Counted from the whole stretch's first letter, positions 36,201 through 45,948 are shown. The stretch is DNA of 63,448 bases, filler included, from Saprolegnia diclina VS20 (GCF_000281045.1; 7 parts of 4 records of this genome joined end to end with filler, not necessarily neighbours in it); one strand, 5' to 3'. Translations and numbers: made by a program. Notes: a model not told the origin generated them from the letters alone.

Positions 36201-37035
36201 GGTAGAACGCGAGGAACGGGCTGAGCAGCGACCGGCGCTCCTTGAACGTCTTGACCTCACGCCGCTCAAACGCGCGCGCGACGTTCGTCTCGTCAAACTT
36301 GAGACACTCGGACGTCCAGAAGAACTCGTTGACGTCGTCGTAGTTGGTCACGTTCTTGTGGTCCTTGGGCTTGCCATCCTCCTTCTTCGACTTGGACGAC
36401 AGCGCGGGGTTCATCTTGGCAACAACCTGGTACAGTGGCTTGACGACGTTGTTGAGGAACGCCGTGTCTGCAGGCGCCATTTCGGGTTTGTGGCCCAACG
36501 CCTCGACCTTTTCCCAGCGGCTCGCCATCGTGTGGTACAAGAAGCAGAGGCACTCGGGCATGAAGCGCAAGTTGCCGGCCTCGCCCCAAATGAGAAAGTA
36601 GAGCGCAATCTGTGCCTCTTGGCTCGCTCCCACAAAGCGCGGCTTCGTGCCGAGGAACTTGCACCACTTGGTGTAATTCGTAAAGACGGCCGAGTGGAGC
36701 TGCTTGAGCGCGTCGCGGGCCGGGTCCGCACTGCCCTTGTTATGAAGGCGCGTCTGCTTGTTCGTGAGGAGCACTGCGACATGCTCCTTCTGGTTACGCA
36801 TGCTCGCGACCTGGAAGCCGAGAAGCCGCTGGAGATGCTCAAAGACACCACCATGATGACCAGAGTCCAGGCGCTTGACGCTCTTGCGGAAGTCCTGGTG
36901 CAGCATGGAAGCCCGGTGGCCAGCGCTGGGCGGCGCCATGCCTGCATCGTCGATGCTGTCCATGTCGAAGTAGTTTTCCCGCGCCGTCCGCCGGGACCCG
37001 CGGCTGACCTTCCGCCGGATCTCGATCTCCGTCAT
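30286..37035 (-). CDS. 1,3-beta-glucan (callose) synthase, GT48/FKS family, fused to a C-terminal MFS sugar-transporter-like domain; intronless, 2249 aa
   Basis: FKS1_dom1 LYFLIWGEAGNLRFMPECLCF, NYDDVNEFFW; GT48 RLWASMRGQTLARTV, GEGKPENQN, QTIDMNQ, RMHYGHPD, GGVSKASKGINLSEDVFAG, QCGKGRD. MFS motifs GRRTTF, LPQSPVWLLRRG..AEATLVRLR, WLVAIEVFP. Confidence 0.97.
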   Translation of the reverse strand: MTEIEIRRKVSRGSRRTARENYFDMDSIDDAGMAPPSAGHRASMLHQDFRKSVKRLDSGHHGGVFEHLQRLLGFQVASMRNQKEHVAVLLTNKQTRLHNKGSADPARDALKQLHSAVFTNYTKWCKFLGTKPRFVGASQEAQIALYFLIWGEAGNLRFMPECLCFLYHTMASRWEKVEALGHKPEMAPADTAFLNNVVKPLYQVVAKMNPALSSKSKKEDGKPKDHKNVTNYDDVNEFFWTSECLKFDETNVARAFERREVKTFKERRSLLSPFLAFYRIFFFLLVMLHVLIAIAYVGVKTNNGNGSGFHIYDDFFSSVYSNLRLHAFYSIAASVAGLLALKVVLQVWIDGALIYSHKMYALALYVRLLWHSLFLALFCCMICSPNEKDMVLGKDYLSAAPIYIGVYALPVVLGALVSMCCGSMHLPFLRALQGTRSQYIGREMGQPFGDFIKYALFWLLLFGLKFVFNLQLMIMPLMNPSIELYALHVESQSSLLNSDHNLLFIAALWAPTFLVYIYDTQIWLAIFQAIIGMFMGFRMKIGHSSRVTQFMTKLQGAPTLFDQKVVSRVARGMLAATAEGSSSPEVQARLRFSVVWNECVSSFRLSDLIDDRESAILQYQISASGQVDDPVFLLAGKTSRACDILGGIKSPSRTKIQKDLAKDGLVNVTINALDLGVRILTKLLGPEDAAIIDGLQHAIANADETLRSANLTHVPQLRENTVDLLACLLDMPDAEDELPMNARVGSQVLQDRVSIVVERVQHVFGTLQQVFPSDWMRQRLAGCKFTQLTSDMTHQMTLLSSLFVDEEVASDDDSSDVSITESAMSACTRLYFLLTLDIADALPRCAEAQRRMSFFLNSLAMYIPQVDAIQSMHSFSVVTPYYNEPVLYSLEELNDRVVVNPLFRAAEAKAKKEKVGREDLSILKYLITLHPEEWGNFLERLGVSSREEALVSSPTQVRLWASMRGQTLARTVHGMMLYEDAIKILRWLEIGSDQSMSHDEKIEQMDHIVGMKFSYITSCQIYAAQSASNDPRAADIDLLMRKYPNWRVSFMEQVGDSYECVLVKADGDDIVEVYRYELPGHPIVGEGKPENQNIALPFTRGEYIQTIDMNQEHYFEEALKMPNFLATGKNVQIIGMKEYIFTAKASSLARFMTLQELVFVSLTQRVMANPLQTRMHYGHPDVFDKLYIMTNGGVSKASKGINLSEDVFAGYSCALRGGKVTHIEFMQCGKGRDVTLSQINAFEAKLANGSAESSLSREAHRMGAGMDFFRLNAMYYSHMGFYIANFLTVVCVFVYAYCKLYVALHLDIEQAVIPVTSDLDHLAQVMNTQFIFQFGMLMTIPLVATLVVEVGLRQAVIQFCELIITLGPVFYIFETGTKAHFFDVAIQRGGSKYRGTGRGFAITRETFVNFFKEYAASHYRKALELMALMVLFGLYGTFNIGLNALKEFCPDGANKTECEGNPPSTINNLDSYGKKGQSYGVASFAVWLLVVCWFFAPFIFNTDGFDFTKTRMDVLNWFDWLGTTSAGDDSKSDSWAKWWQSEADLYKPISWTSRLSYAVREFRHILVVYYIFTYSFELSKIVLLLAAIGGVAVALWLGGTFSRILFGNKLRGPRGLLYLAIVLGVTIGGVVAVGSLSSWSGMKSLSFFVAMYAGLYALLQYCLVLHGLCGLPIARWGLVQELGYLFDSLLGLLLLLPLVILSAIPFMHTIQTRMMYNEGFSKTLSTGGEYAASISMFTGIFGGFTHGWLLCALFSLGFVNDTKWIALNESFAKFIGDEGFKWASEAAKRDFQTNLSLFAGIGCLAGVVLGVGLCFAVGRRTTFVLSSALTLVGVGLMWAVTTTSSMVVVAVMVLGAAIAMSSIAICLYNYEICTRDWKCKAVVVFVFGSALGYFVESLLLYQWNYHLLDVGWKEDKINMWRLQFIYGAIPSVLVLLAGFFLPQSPVWLLRRGNKKGAEATLVRLRQKHDILDELQAINDAMYPKDPPNLAFRALLVILLQVMYALVSSGTLFLRVLVQGTKNALGAPASPWQWYYGLMSMLGCLMGFFTIDAIRRKTLLKDVLPLVSLLSVAALVLQNSLFSEEDALKAKDPPVLLSVVLFLFYFTVAYSVSTATWLVAIEVFPGGCQLRFVLLSFLVYYGVHTALAFVRPNFMTAQIAFAALAIGTTVVLFVFAASNQRGAIQLKHEKTKEQAAIKAAEEDELQRNTRASRSHSFLRSRAQRNSSFKDKDAYHAFESPAATSVKSRVV

Positions 37036-38918
37036 CGCGCAGGAAGGGGCAAGAACAAGACTGGTGGCCGACTGGAAATATTAATGCCAGTGTAATATTA
37101 ATATTAAGGCGCCGCCAATACAGCGCGCGACATCTCATCGATTAAAATATTGGGCCGCGATTACATCCATGCCGTCCACGTAATTCCGGATAATCAGCGG
37201 TTGCGAATCCGGATATTTCGATTTCATACAAAAGCCGAGATCGACGTCGTCTAGAAATATTCATATCGAACGAGCGATCACTGCTCCATCTTCTTTCGAT
37301 ATTGGTGTTGGGGTCGCTTTTCTTCGTATTTTCATCGCAGTATATATTAATAGGAGCGACGGCTCGTGACTGTCGGACAGATCGCCCCCTTGTGCTGCAT
37401 TGAGACGAGCTCTGTCCAGCTCGAGCACTGTGCTTGGTAGAATAAAGAAAGGCAATGGATTCCGTCGGCCCGTGTGTCCAGGGCAAGCCTTTCAGTGCAT
37501 AGTATTCCCACCTTGCCAGCTGCAGAAGGTGCTCAATATTACAACCACGAGCGTCGCGAAAAATCAAAAAGGAGCACCAACTCCACAAATATGCACCAAA
37601 TGTCGTGGTCGCACCCACTGATAGTGCCAGTTGCCATCTGACCCATTCGGCACTCACTTGCGGAAAGATCTCGAGTGCTTCATATAAATACGCTTTCACG
37701 TCATACGCGTGCGATAACTCTATGTGGCACGTGGATATCTTGCTAACGCCCTGATGAAGCACCTCAGCCTTACCACAGCCATATTGTTGTTGCCGTAGTG
37801 CGCCTTCGCCTAAAAAACAATGAGGTGCTCCTTTTGAAACAGGTTTGGCCAGTTTGGGGAACGAATTACATACGGTGTCGCAGCAGGGGTCTCGGGCTGT
37901 CGCACGAGGTGCGCTTTTTGGCAGTTCTGGTTTCAAAGGTCTGACGGCTGGAAATCCTCCAACGCCACGACGCCAGCTCACGACCAGCTCACGACGCCTA
38001 TTCCTTGCATTAAGTGATGGCTTCTCAACACACTTGTACACACTAGTACATCGTGTTGGCCTCGTTCTCTTTGCGAAGATACCAGTAATACTTGTCGTGA
38101 AGCTGTGCCTGTAGTTGTCCGAGGAGCGGTCCACGCGCCCCATAGATGCGCCCCATGAAGGTACTGGTAGTAAATTTTCCTCGATGGATAGGATTGGATG
38201 CCCAGTGATAATGCATGAATGGTGTTATTACAATGTGATCCAAGTCATGGACATATGCGGCTGGCTGGCTGTTCGATGCTATCGATAAGCTTGCCGGTAT
38301 TATTAATACGTACAATGGAAAGCCGTTGGCGCCTCGTGGCCACCATGGCGATTGCATCATTCTCACGTGCGGCGGTTGGCGACGGAAGATGACCAATGCA
38401 GCTTACCAGTGACCGTCTCCTTACCGGTACCGGTATGTGCGCCGCAGTCAAGTCGGCATGCTCCAGGCCGGGCGTGCGGCTTCCAGAGCTCTCTTACCGG
38501 GAATAGAAGAGTAGCAGCCCAGCCACAATCGCCTTGGTGTGCGTTGTCTCGCGGGACTCCTAATGCTTGGTCCACGCGCCAAAAATTTATGCCTCAATGT
38601 GAAATATCAAGTCACCCGGCACCAGCTCGGGTCGCCCAACGTTGTGCCACGTGGAGAGGCGGCAGGGAACGAGAACCCACGATGACTTCGCCGATGGAAG
38701 CTGACGCCGTTGCCGAACCTTGAAATGTATGCGCAGATGACACGGAAGACGACCAGTTCCACCATGCTTTGACGAACGATGTGCTGGAGCTGAACAAGTG
38801 TACTGTAGTTGTATGCACAGTACGATCCAAGCTTACAATCGACGTCCGCAAAACGCGTGGTTTTAGCCCATACAGGAGCCGCATCCGGATACAGACTGAG
38901 GCTCGGCATCGCTCGACG

Positions 38919-39908
38919 ATGTCTGCTCCCACTGGCTCCTGCAAGCTCCTGAGCGGGCCATTTGAGACCTTCATTCAAGTGGCCCTCGGCTTCATTGCGA
39001 TGTCTGTGCTAGTCGTGAAGCGGCTACGCGAATCACCCCGGCGCCCGCTCGGCGTAGGCCTTCGATGTGTACCTTGTTGACGGCGACGACGAGGCGCCTG
39101 CCTAGGTGTGGCTTTTTGACGCGGGAAAGCAAGCCATCGGGGCTGGCGTCGCCCATGCAGCTAACATTGCGATCGCGATCGTGCTTGTGGGCTACAGCCA
39201 GAAGAAGGACCCGGCCGACCAAGTACGATTTCGACCTCGCTATGATCCGCCTTCACGCTTCGTAGTGCGCCATGTACTTTATCAACTTTACGCTCGACAC
39301 ATCATTTGGCGTGCTTCTCAACTGGGCGCTGCTCCGTGGCCTGGTTCGGCTTGCAGTACTGTTGAGGTTTATGTGTGGCTTCGTCGCTCATCCTTGGCCA
39401 CTGTAGCATCACTTCAAGTGGACAATGCTGCAAGTGCCTGGCGAATATGGCGACCCAATCCAAGTCCAGTGCGCTCCCTTCACGATGCGGACAGCTTTGG
39501 ATGAATAACGTCGTTGTTAGGGTCTGGCTCGTCCAGCTCGCGTCCTGGCTTGGCATCATCTTGCTTACGAAAGTGATCATTGGTCGCGTCATCCTCCTTT
39601 TCCACCCAGAGCTTGAGGTGTTTGGCGACGTTCTTTTCGAGCCGCTCCGCGACTTTCCCCGCACAGAGCTAATTCTCGTCATGATCGCTTGTCCGTGCCT
39701 CATGAACGGGCTGCAGTTTTGGGTACATTGTCGTCACTTCGTGAGGTTAACCCATCGAGTCATCGTTTAGGTGCAAGACAGCTTCCTCAAGAAGAAGGCC
39801 AAATACGAGCGCGTACCAAAAGGACGGCGCCAAGGTCGCCTCACAGACGATGACGAGAAGTGCCGAGACCCTGTCGATGTCGAACTCGCTTTGTGCAAGA
39901 AGACGTGA
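38919..39908 (+). CDS. STIMATE/TMEM110 (YPL162C-like) multi-pass membrane protein, about 6 exons
   Basis: CKLLSGPF..QVALG..LVVKRLRESPRRP|VWLFDAGKQAIGA..H..NI; CAMYFINFTLDTSFG; GEYGDP; WLVQLASW; ELILVMIACPCLMNGLQFW|VQDSFLK. Confidence 0.88.
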
Positions 39909-40289
39909 GTTACCAAAGACCTGCACATGTCCTCCATAATTCTATGGTGTCCGAATGCGCGAAGACNNNNNNNNNNNNNNNNNNNNNNNNNNNNNNNNNN
40001 NNNNNNNNNNTTAATTAATTAANNNNNNNNNNNNNNNNNNNNNNNNNNNNNNNNNNNNNNNNNNNNGCCAATGGACGCGCCAAAAACAAGGTTCGTACAG
40101 TATCACCATGTCCTCGTATGGTGATGGCCTGATCGACTTCATCGTTTTAGGATGGCCGAACTCCGCGTCAGATAGCAGAAGCACGCAGTTATAGTAATGA
40201 CGCAGCGGAGATTCTGGGCCGCCAAGCTTCCCTGCTGGACCAGGTATCCAGTCGATCAAAATAGCATCTTTCTGTCGATACTATCTCTA

Positions 40290-41130
40290 TAGCGCTTTGA
40301 CGCTGTGTAAGAAGAGCATTCCTGTCGCCATGCGCATTCTCGAAGACAGCTTAATCCACGTCAACCTCCGCGACAGTGTACGCATCGCCGTCACAATGAT
40401 TTGCTATGAACGGACATGTGTAGTCTGGGACGCCTTTGCAGCACCTGGTCGTGGCAACGCAGGATGCGTCGCTGCTTCAAATGCTGCTGAAAAAACCTGA
40501 CCTCCAACTCGACGCCAAAGACGCGGTACATACATATCGTCCTCGACCTTTTCACGTCATTTGCCTTGAAATAGACAGGTCGCACGGCTCTCGCAATCGC
40601 GCTTACCACTGGCAACACGAAGACTTCCCTTGCGCTGCTCCACGCAGGCGCGTCCGTGGAACTCGTCGACAAGGTGGGAAATTTGCATCAGTTTATTGAA
40701 AATCCAACACTACAGGGGACAGGTTCAATGTGCTTCAGCGCCCGATTTCGTCGCCGCTTTGCGCCAAGTAGCCTCCTCCAACGACACGAGCTCTGTGGTG
40801 CATCTACTGCGTCTGGGCGTGAGTTGCTCGTTGGCCAACGAGGTATGATGCATTGAGGTGCCAGGTCAACAGCATCTTCATTTCATGTAGCAAGGCGAAA
40901 CGGTGTGGCATGTGGCGGCTGCAAAGGGCCACCTGTCTATCCTCATGATGCTGGTCCAACGAGAGATCAAGGGCGAGAATGGCATTGACGCGACCAACCA
41001 CGTATTCTCTACTTTCAATCGAATGTGTTTCAAATTGGTGTAGAATGGGGAATCACCCGTTTTTGTTGCTGCGATCGCTGGCCACGCCGACGTTGTCCAA
41101 TGTCTCCTTCGCGCCAACGCCAACCCCATC
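40290..41130 (+). CDS. Ankyrin-repeat gene fragment (multi-exon, possibly degenerate)
   Basis: Exons TPLQHLVVATQDASLLQMLL, TGRTALAIALTTGN..LLHAGASVE, GETVWHVAAAKGHLSIL, GESPVFVAAIAGHADVVQCLLRANANP, separated by short introns. Confidence 0.7.
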
Positions 41131-41320
41131 TCGTTTCCAAAGTACTGTCTTTGAATTCTTATATCCCAAAAGCACCATTGCGAGACTAGGATGGATCGAC
41201 GCTGCTGCACGCGGCTGCAGTTGGCGGCAGTATGAGCATCCTTCACCAAATCGTCCAGTGTGGCGTCAGCGTCGATGCGTGCGACGCGGTAGACAATATT
41301 GTTTGTGATTAGATCCCGTC

Positions 41321-41727
41321 NNNNNNNNNNNNNNNNNNNNNNNNNNNNNNNNNNNNNNNNNNNNNNNNNNNNNNNNNNNNNNNNNNNNNNNNNNNNNNNN
41401 NNNNNNNNNNNNNNNNNNNNNNNNNNNNNNNNNNNNNNNNNNNNNNNNNNNNNNNNNNNNNNNNNNNNNNNNNNNNNNNNNNNNNNNNNNNNNNNNNNNN
41501 NNNNNNNNNNNNNNNNNNNNNNNNNNNNNNNNNNNNNNNNNNNNNNNNNNNNNNNNNNNNNNNNNNNNNNNNNNNNNNNNNNNNNNNNNNNNNNNNNNNN
41601 NNNNNNNNNNNNNNNNNNNNNNNNNNNNNNNNNNNNNNNNNNNNNNNNNNNNNNNNNNNNNNNNNNNNNNNNNNNNNNNNNNNNNNNNNNNNNNNNNNNN
41701 NNNNNNNNNNNNNNNNNNNNNNNNNNN
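41321..41727. other. Assembly gap (N run)
   Basis: Continuous Ns. Confidence 0.99.
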
Positions 41728-42275
41728 CCATATAGGCCGGGATGACGCCGCTCTGCTTGGCGGCTCACTTGAGCCGCGAGGCAATCGTGGGCATGCTTTT
41801 GATCGCGAATGCGAATCCCAACCAATCCAACGGCGTACAATGATCCTCAAATTCTTATTTCATTGTTTAGTTCTTATTTCTAGCTTGGCCAAACGCCTCT
41901 GAGCATCGCAGCCACGACGGGTGATGTAGGCATTGTCGAGATGCTGCTCCAAGACGGCGCGGACGTCAACGCGACCGACAAGGTACACCGATGGCTCTGG
42001 CCATCCAAATGGGCCACCGACGCCTGGCAACGATGCTGCAGACAGCCGCGCACCGTGTTATCCCCAGCGTACCCACCATTTTCCCAGTAACGATCTTTCT
42101 CTAACATGGGCGGCTATAGGTGCCGGCTACGGATATTGAGATGGACGTATCTAGCCCAATCTATGGTACCACGCACAAGGGCACGTACCATGGTCGTGTC
42201 GTCGCCATCAAAACGCCTGTCGACGAGTCCTCCGTCCAAGCAATCCTCCACGAAATGGAGACCATCCAGCAGTAG
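41728..42275 (+). CDS. Ankyrin + TKL-type kinase N-lobe gene fragment (appears degenerate)
   Basis: AGMTPLCLAAHLSREAIVGMLLIANANPN, GQTPLSIAATTGDVGIVEMLLQDGADVNATDK, then IGAGYG.. and KGTYHGRVVAIKT..ILHEME. Confidence 0.65.
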
Positions 42276-42407
42276 ATCTCTTTGATCTTGTGGAATGATC
42301 TAAATGTNNNNNNNNNNNNNNNNNNNNNNNNNNNNNNNNNNNNNNNNNNNNTTAATTAATTAANNNNNNNNNNNNNNNNNNNNNNNNNNNNNNNNNNNNN
42401 NNNNNNN

Positions 42408-42665
42408 CTGCAGACGCACTGCCAAGGCTGCGCGAAAGAACTCGCATCTGTTGCGTCCAAGCTCAAGATGCTGCTCAAGCGTCTGGCTGTTGCCAAGAAG
42501 AACGGATTTGAGATTGAGGACGACCTTTTCTGTGGCGGCTGCGAGTCATACCAACCGATGAAGGCGACCTCCTGTGACGAATGCGACGATGCGCTTCCAG
42601 ACGACCCCGAGAAGCTGCGTATCCTTGTGCTGCGCATCGAGCAAGCGACCACGTCCAAGGCCTAA
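42408..42665 (+). CDS. C-terminal CxxC zinc-ribbon/helical tail, probably of a TKL kinase (partial)
   Basis: CQGC..KLKMLLKRL..CGGC..CDEC..LPDDPEKLRILVLRI. I recall this tail on Saprolegniales TKL kinases, and it follows the kinase fragment in order. Confidence 0.55.
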   Translation: MQTHCQGCAKELASVASKLKMLLKRLAVAKKNGFEIEDDLFCGGCESYQPMKATSCDECDDALPDDPEKLRILVLRIEQATTSKA

Positions 42666-43220
42666 AGTCCCAAACTGCACGTCTACGTATTCTCCACCAT
42701 GAAACGAGGCACTTGCATTCTTTGAATATACGACTTATGGACAGCTACAGAGCAACTCTCCTAACAACGCAAACCCAACACCAACGTTCAACCAAGCGTC
42801 GAATCCACAGTCCATTCAACCACATGGGCGCCGAATCCACGTGGAGTAAACAGTTGCGTACATTCCACGGGATTCGACATGAAGAAAGTTGAGAACTGAT
42901 GATTGGTCATCAAACTCAACCTACCCCTAGGGGTAGGTTGAGGTAGGCTTCGGACACGACCGAAACATGGAGATTGTGCGAGCTCTTCTCGCTGCCCAGA
43001 AGACTACACCGCAAGCGGTCAATGGTCTTTTCGGCCGGGAGAACGACGCACCAAACGTCGCTACAGACGGTCTTCCGCATCTCACTGCACTCCACCAAAC
43101 AGGTCAGAGTGAATTGCGCCGGCACTGCATGTCCCAAGCTCAAGCTACATACATACGTGTGTTGTGTGTGCTTCACTAGCGGACATGCGACTTGGCCAAA
43201 CATCATTTAACTTTCGTCAT

Positions 43221-44525
43221 TTACGAGACGGGAAGATTGCGCCAAAGGTCGAGGACAAGAGAGGGAAATGCTTTTTCCACAAAAGCGCCAAGACAAGCAT
43301 CTTGAAACGCAAGGTCCGTGACGTCGACGATCCGTGTGTCCCCAACGGCGGTGTGGAGCGCCAACCACGTGCTTGGTTCGTGGTCGCGTCCGTGCTCCTT
43401 GAAATTGCGGATCCAGCGCACAAGTGCAAACACCGTGTTGTTGTACGTCCGGTGCTCGTTCATCGCGACCAGTGCAACCGGCGGTATCTTGGACTGCCAC
43501 TGATACGGCAGTCGCATGCGCTTGCAGATCGCAACGCGCGCATGGTCGACGTCGTACCGCGCTATGTCTTGGAGGTACCGCAACTTCTCTTGCGTCGTCC
43601 ACCAAACCGGGTGCTGGACCACGGTCGCCATCGTCGGTCGCTGTTGTGGCGCAATGTTCGTCATGCATTCGATCAAGTCGCTTGCTTCGTACGACATGTC
43701 GAGTCCCCGAACCGAGCGCAGAACGCACCCGAGACTATAAACATCGGCAGCAAACAGATCGTAGCTTCCACCGGCGCCGACTTCCGGGGCCGTAAAGGCC
43801 GAAATGGCGGTGGTTGCGGGAGCGACGTACACCTTGCCTGCGGTGAAGTGGCGGTCAACAAAGCAGTGCGCTGGCGTCAAGCCGCCATGGACGCGCATAT
43901 GTCGATGAAGAAACGCAATCGCGTCGGTGACATCGCGGAGGAACTGGAGGCGGCTCCAAGAAGCGTCCCTTCCTGGCCACCCGCGGTCAAACGCGGCACT
44001 CCAAGCCACGCCGGGCTCCTCGAAAAAGAGACCGGACGCATCCGCGCCCAGAAACCGAACGAACGTGTGAATTGGCGCCGCGTTCTTGCGCTGAAACCGC
44101 GCCAAGTCGTAGTGGAAGCGCTCGGCGTCCGTGGCGTTTGGGACGTGGTGCCTGAGGACAGTACCCCATTTCTCGTGTTGCTCCATCCCACATGTTGCTG
44201 TGGGTGGCAGCGGCGGCACCGTCGGCAAAGGCGGCGAGGTCGCTGTGCGATCGAGAGCCCCATTTGCTGGCGTCGTTGTTTGAGCTGGAGCGGTTGTCCG
44301 AGAAGCAGTCGTCTGAGCTGAAGCAGTTGTCCGAGGAGCAATCATCTGAGCTGGAGCTGGGGGCGCGAAGAGCGGCATGGCAGAAAACGATGGTGGCCGA
44401 CGCGCGCCGAGGTTCAAAGTCCTGTGGACGGGCGGCGAGGTAGTCGGTGGGGCTGATGCGCCTGGACGGCTCTCGTCACTGCCATTGCACTGGCGCGCAA
44501 ACGCATGCGCGTGATTACTCGTCAT
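43221..44525 (-). CDS. Pseudokinase + KEN ribonuclease domain protein (RNase L/IRE1-like), soluble, intronless
   Basis: Kinase C-lobe remnants AIAFLH..VHGGL, TAPE, ADVYSLGCVL, DLIECM..PQQRPT; KEN entry HPVWWTTQEKLRYLQDI; core YNNTVFALVRWIRNFKEH; end FVEKAFPSLVLDLW. Confidence 0.85.
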   Translation of the reverse strand: MTSNHAHAFARQCNGSDESRPGASAPPTTSPPVHRTLNLGARRPPSFSAMPLFAPPAPAQMIAPRTTASAQTTASRTTAPAQTTTPANGALDRTATSPPLPTVPPLPPTATCGMEQHEKWGTVLRHHVPNATDAERFHYDLARFQRKNAAPIHTFVRFLGADASGLFFEEPGVAWSAAFDRGWPGRDASWSRLQFLRDVTDAIAFLHRHMRVHGGLTPAHCFVDRHFTAGKVYVAPATTAISAFTAPEVGAGGSYDLFAADVYSLGCVLRSVRGLDMSYEASDLIECMTNIAPQQRPTMATVVQHPVWWTTQEKLRYLQDIARYDVDHARVAICKRMRLPYQWQSKIPPVALVAMNEHRTYNNTVFALVRWIRNFKEHGRDHEPSTWLALHTAVGDTRIVDVTDLAFQDACLGAFVEKAFPSLVLDLWRNLPVS

Positions 44526-44739
44526 GCAGCGAGATGACGAATACTATGAAAGCGAGGATGGCCAGGTGAAACGCCCAGAACGGACATGTTGGGGGTTCGA
44601 ACTGGCAACCCATTTAGAGACAACAGCGTTTGAAGATCCACCCGTCGCACACCCGCCCAAACGTTGGATCGGCCGCTTCAAGAACGGAAAAATACTTTGT
44701 TGGTCGTACCACACATTCTAGAATCTACGTTCACGCCGT

Positions 44740-44974
44740 CATGTCTGCCCATAACGAGCTCTTGGCGGCCATCGAAGCGAATGCGATTTCAGCTGTCGTA
44801 CAACTCACAAAGACCAAGTCGGACGTCAACCATGCTGGCTCGGTATGCCGTTTAGTGAACGCCAACGTACCTTGATCGACCATATAGGCCGGGATGACGC
44901 CGCTCTGCTTGGCGGCTCACTTGAGCCGCGAGGCAATCGTGGGCATGCTTTTGATCGCGAATGCGAATCCCAAC
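44740..44974 (+). CDS. 5' end of an ankyrin-repeat (kinase) gene, truncated by linker
   Basis: MSAHNELLAAIEANAISAVVQL..DVNHAGS|intron|AGMTPLCLAAH; the last 95 nt are identical to 41728-41822. Confidence 0.75.
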
Positions 44975-45171
44975 NNNNNNNNNNNNNNNNNNNNNNNNNN
45001 NNNNNNNNNNNNNNNNNNTTAATTAATTAANNNNNNNNNNNNNNNNNNNNNNNNNNNNNNNNNNNNNNNNNNNNACCATCCAGCCAACAGCTCGAGACAC
45101 CCCAGATACTAGCTGACCAATATATATATTCTAACGCGATATTAACATGACACTACGGACGAGCGAACGGC

Positions 45172-45948
45172 TTAGACGATCACCTTGTCGGCGCTCTCGG
45201 GGACGACGGCCGGCTCGAGGTAGAGCGCAATGAGCTGGGCCGTGGGCGCGAGCACGAAAGCAATCGAGCCAACGACAAAGTTGTTGATGGCAAACACCGA
45301 GTTGTCGGTCGCGATCGCAAGCGCTTCTTCCGAGTCGTCGGTGGCCGTGAGGAACTTGGGGAGAAAGTAGTAGCTGCCAACGATGAACAAAATGTTGCCG
45401 AGGATGTTGAAGACGGCCGCAATGTACCACCACGCCTGGCCGCGGATCGAGCCGACTTGGAACATGCGCGCAACGTCAATCAAGAGTGCAATCTCAAAGC
45501 ACGAGCAGCCCGTAATGAAGAGGAGGCAACCGGCCGACGGCGCGGTGGCGTACACGACAGGCACAAAGTAAAAGCCGCCAATCACAAACTGCACCGAGCC
45601 GACGACGTTCCACAGCGAGCAGATGAGCGGGAAATACCGGAGGCTCGAGGTCCCTTCGCACCCCTTGGCGCAGTACGCGTCCCAGCAACTGCCGATGAGG
45701 AACGTAAAGCACCCGACGACAAAGAGCCATGCGCCGATGAGCGCGCCTTCACCTTCAATGTCATAGAGGGTGTAGTAGCGCGGGTAGTAGAGGATCGAGC
45801 CCGCCAAGAAGCACCAGCCGCCGATCCAGTACAGACTACCGGAAAAGTAGTACTGCAACACCTCAAGGGTCGAACGCGGGACAGCGACACTGATGTCCGA
45901 GCTCGAGTGGTCCGGCGTCGGCGTCGCGAGTTGCACGTGCGTGGTCAT
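45172..45948 (-). CDS. YrhK-like repeated-helix membrane protein
   Basis: Repeated G..F..GS..F/Y hairpins: GGWCFLAGSILYYP, GAWLFVVGCFTF, GSVQFVIGGFYFVP, GNILFIVGSYYFLP, NFVVGSIAF. Confidence 0.75.
   Translation of the reverse strand: MTTHVQLATPTPDHSSSDISVAVPRSTLEVLQYYFSGSLYWIGGWCFLAGSILYYPRYYTLYDIEGEGALIGAWLFVVGCFTFLIGSCWDAYCAKGCEGTSSLRYFPLICSLWNVVGSVQFVIGGFYFVPVVYATAPSAGCLLFITGCSCFEIALLIDVARMFQVGSIRGQAWWYIAAVFNILGNILFIVGSYYFLPKFLTATDDSEEALAIATDNSVFAINNFVVGSIAFVLAPTAQLIALYLEPAVVPESADKVIV

Noticed and set aside
37142..38396. 333-aa and 117-aa minus-strand ORFs upstream of the glucan synthase
   Set aside because: Atypical codon usage and no motifs; may be decayed sequence but cannot be assigned.
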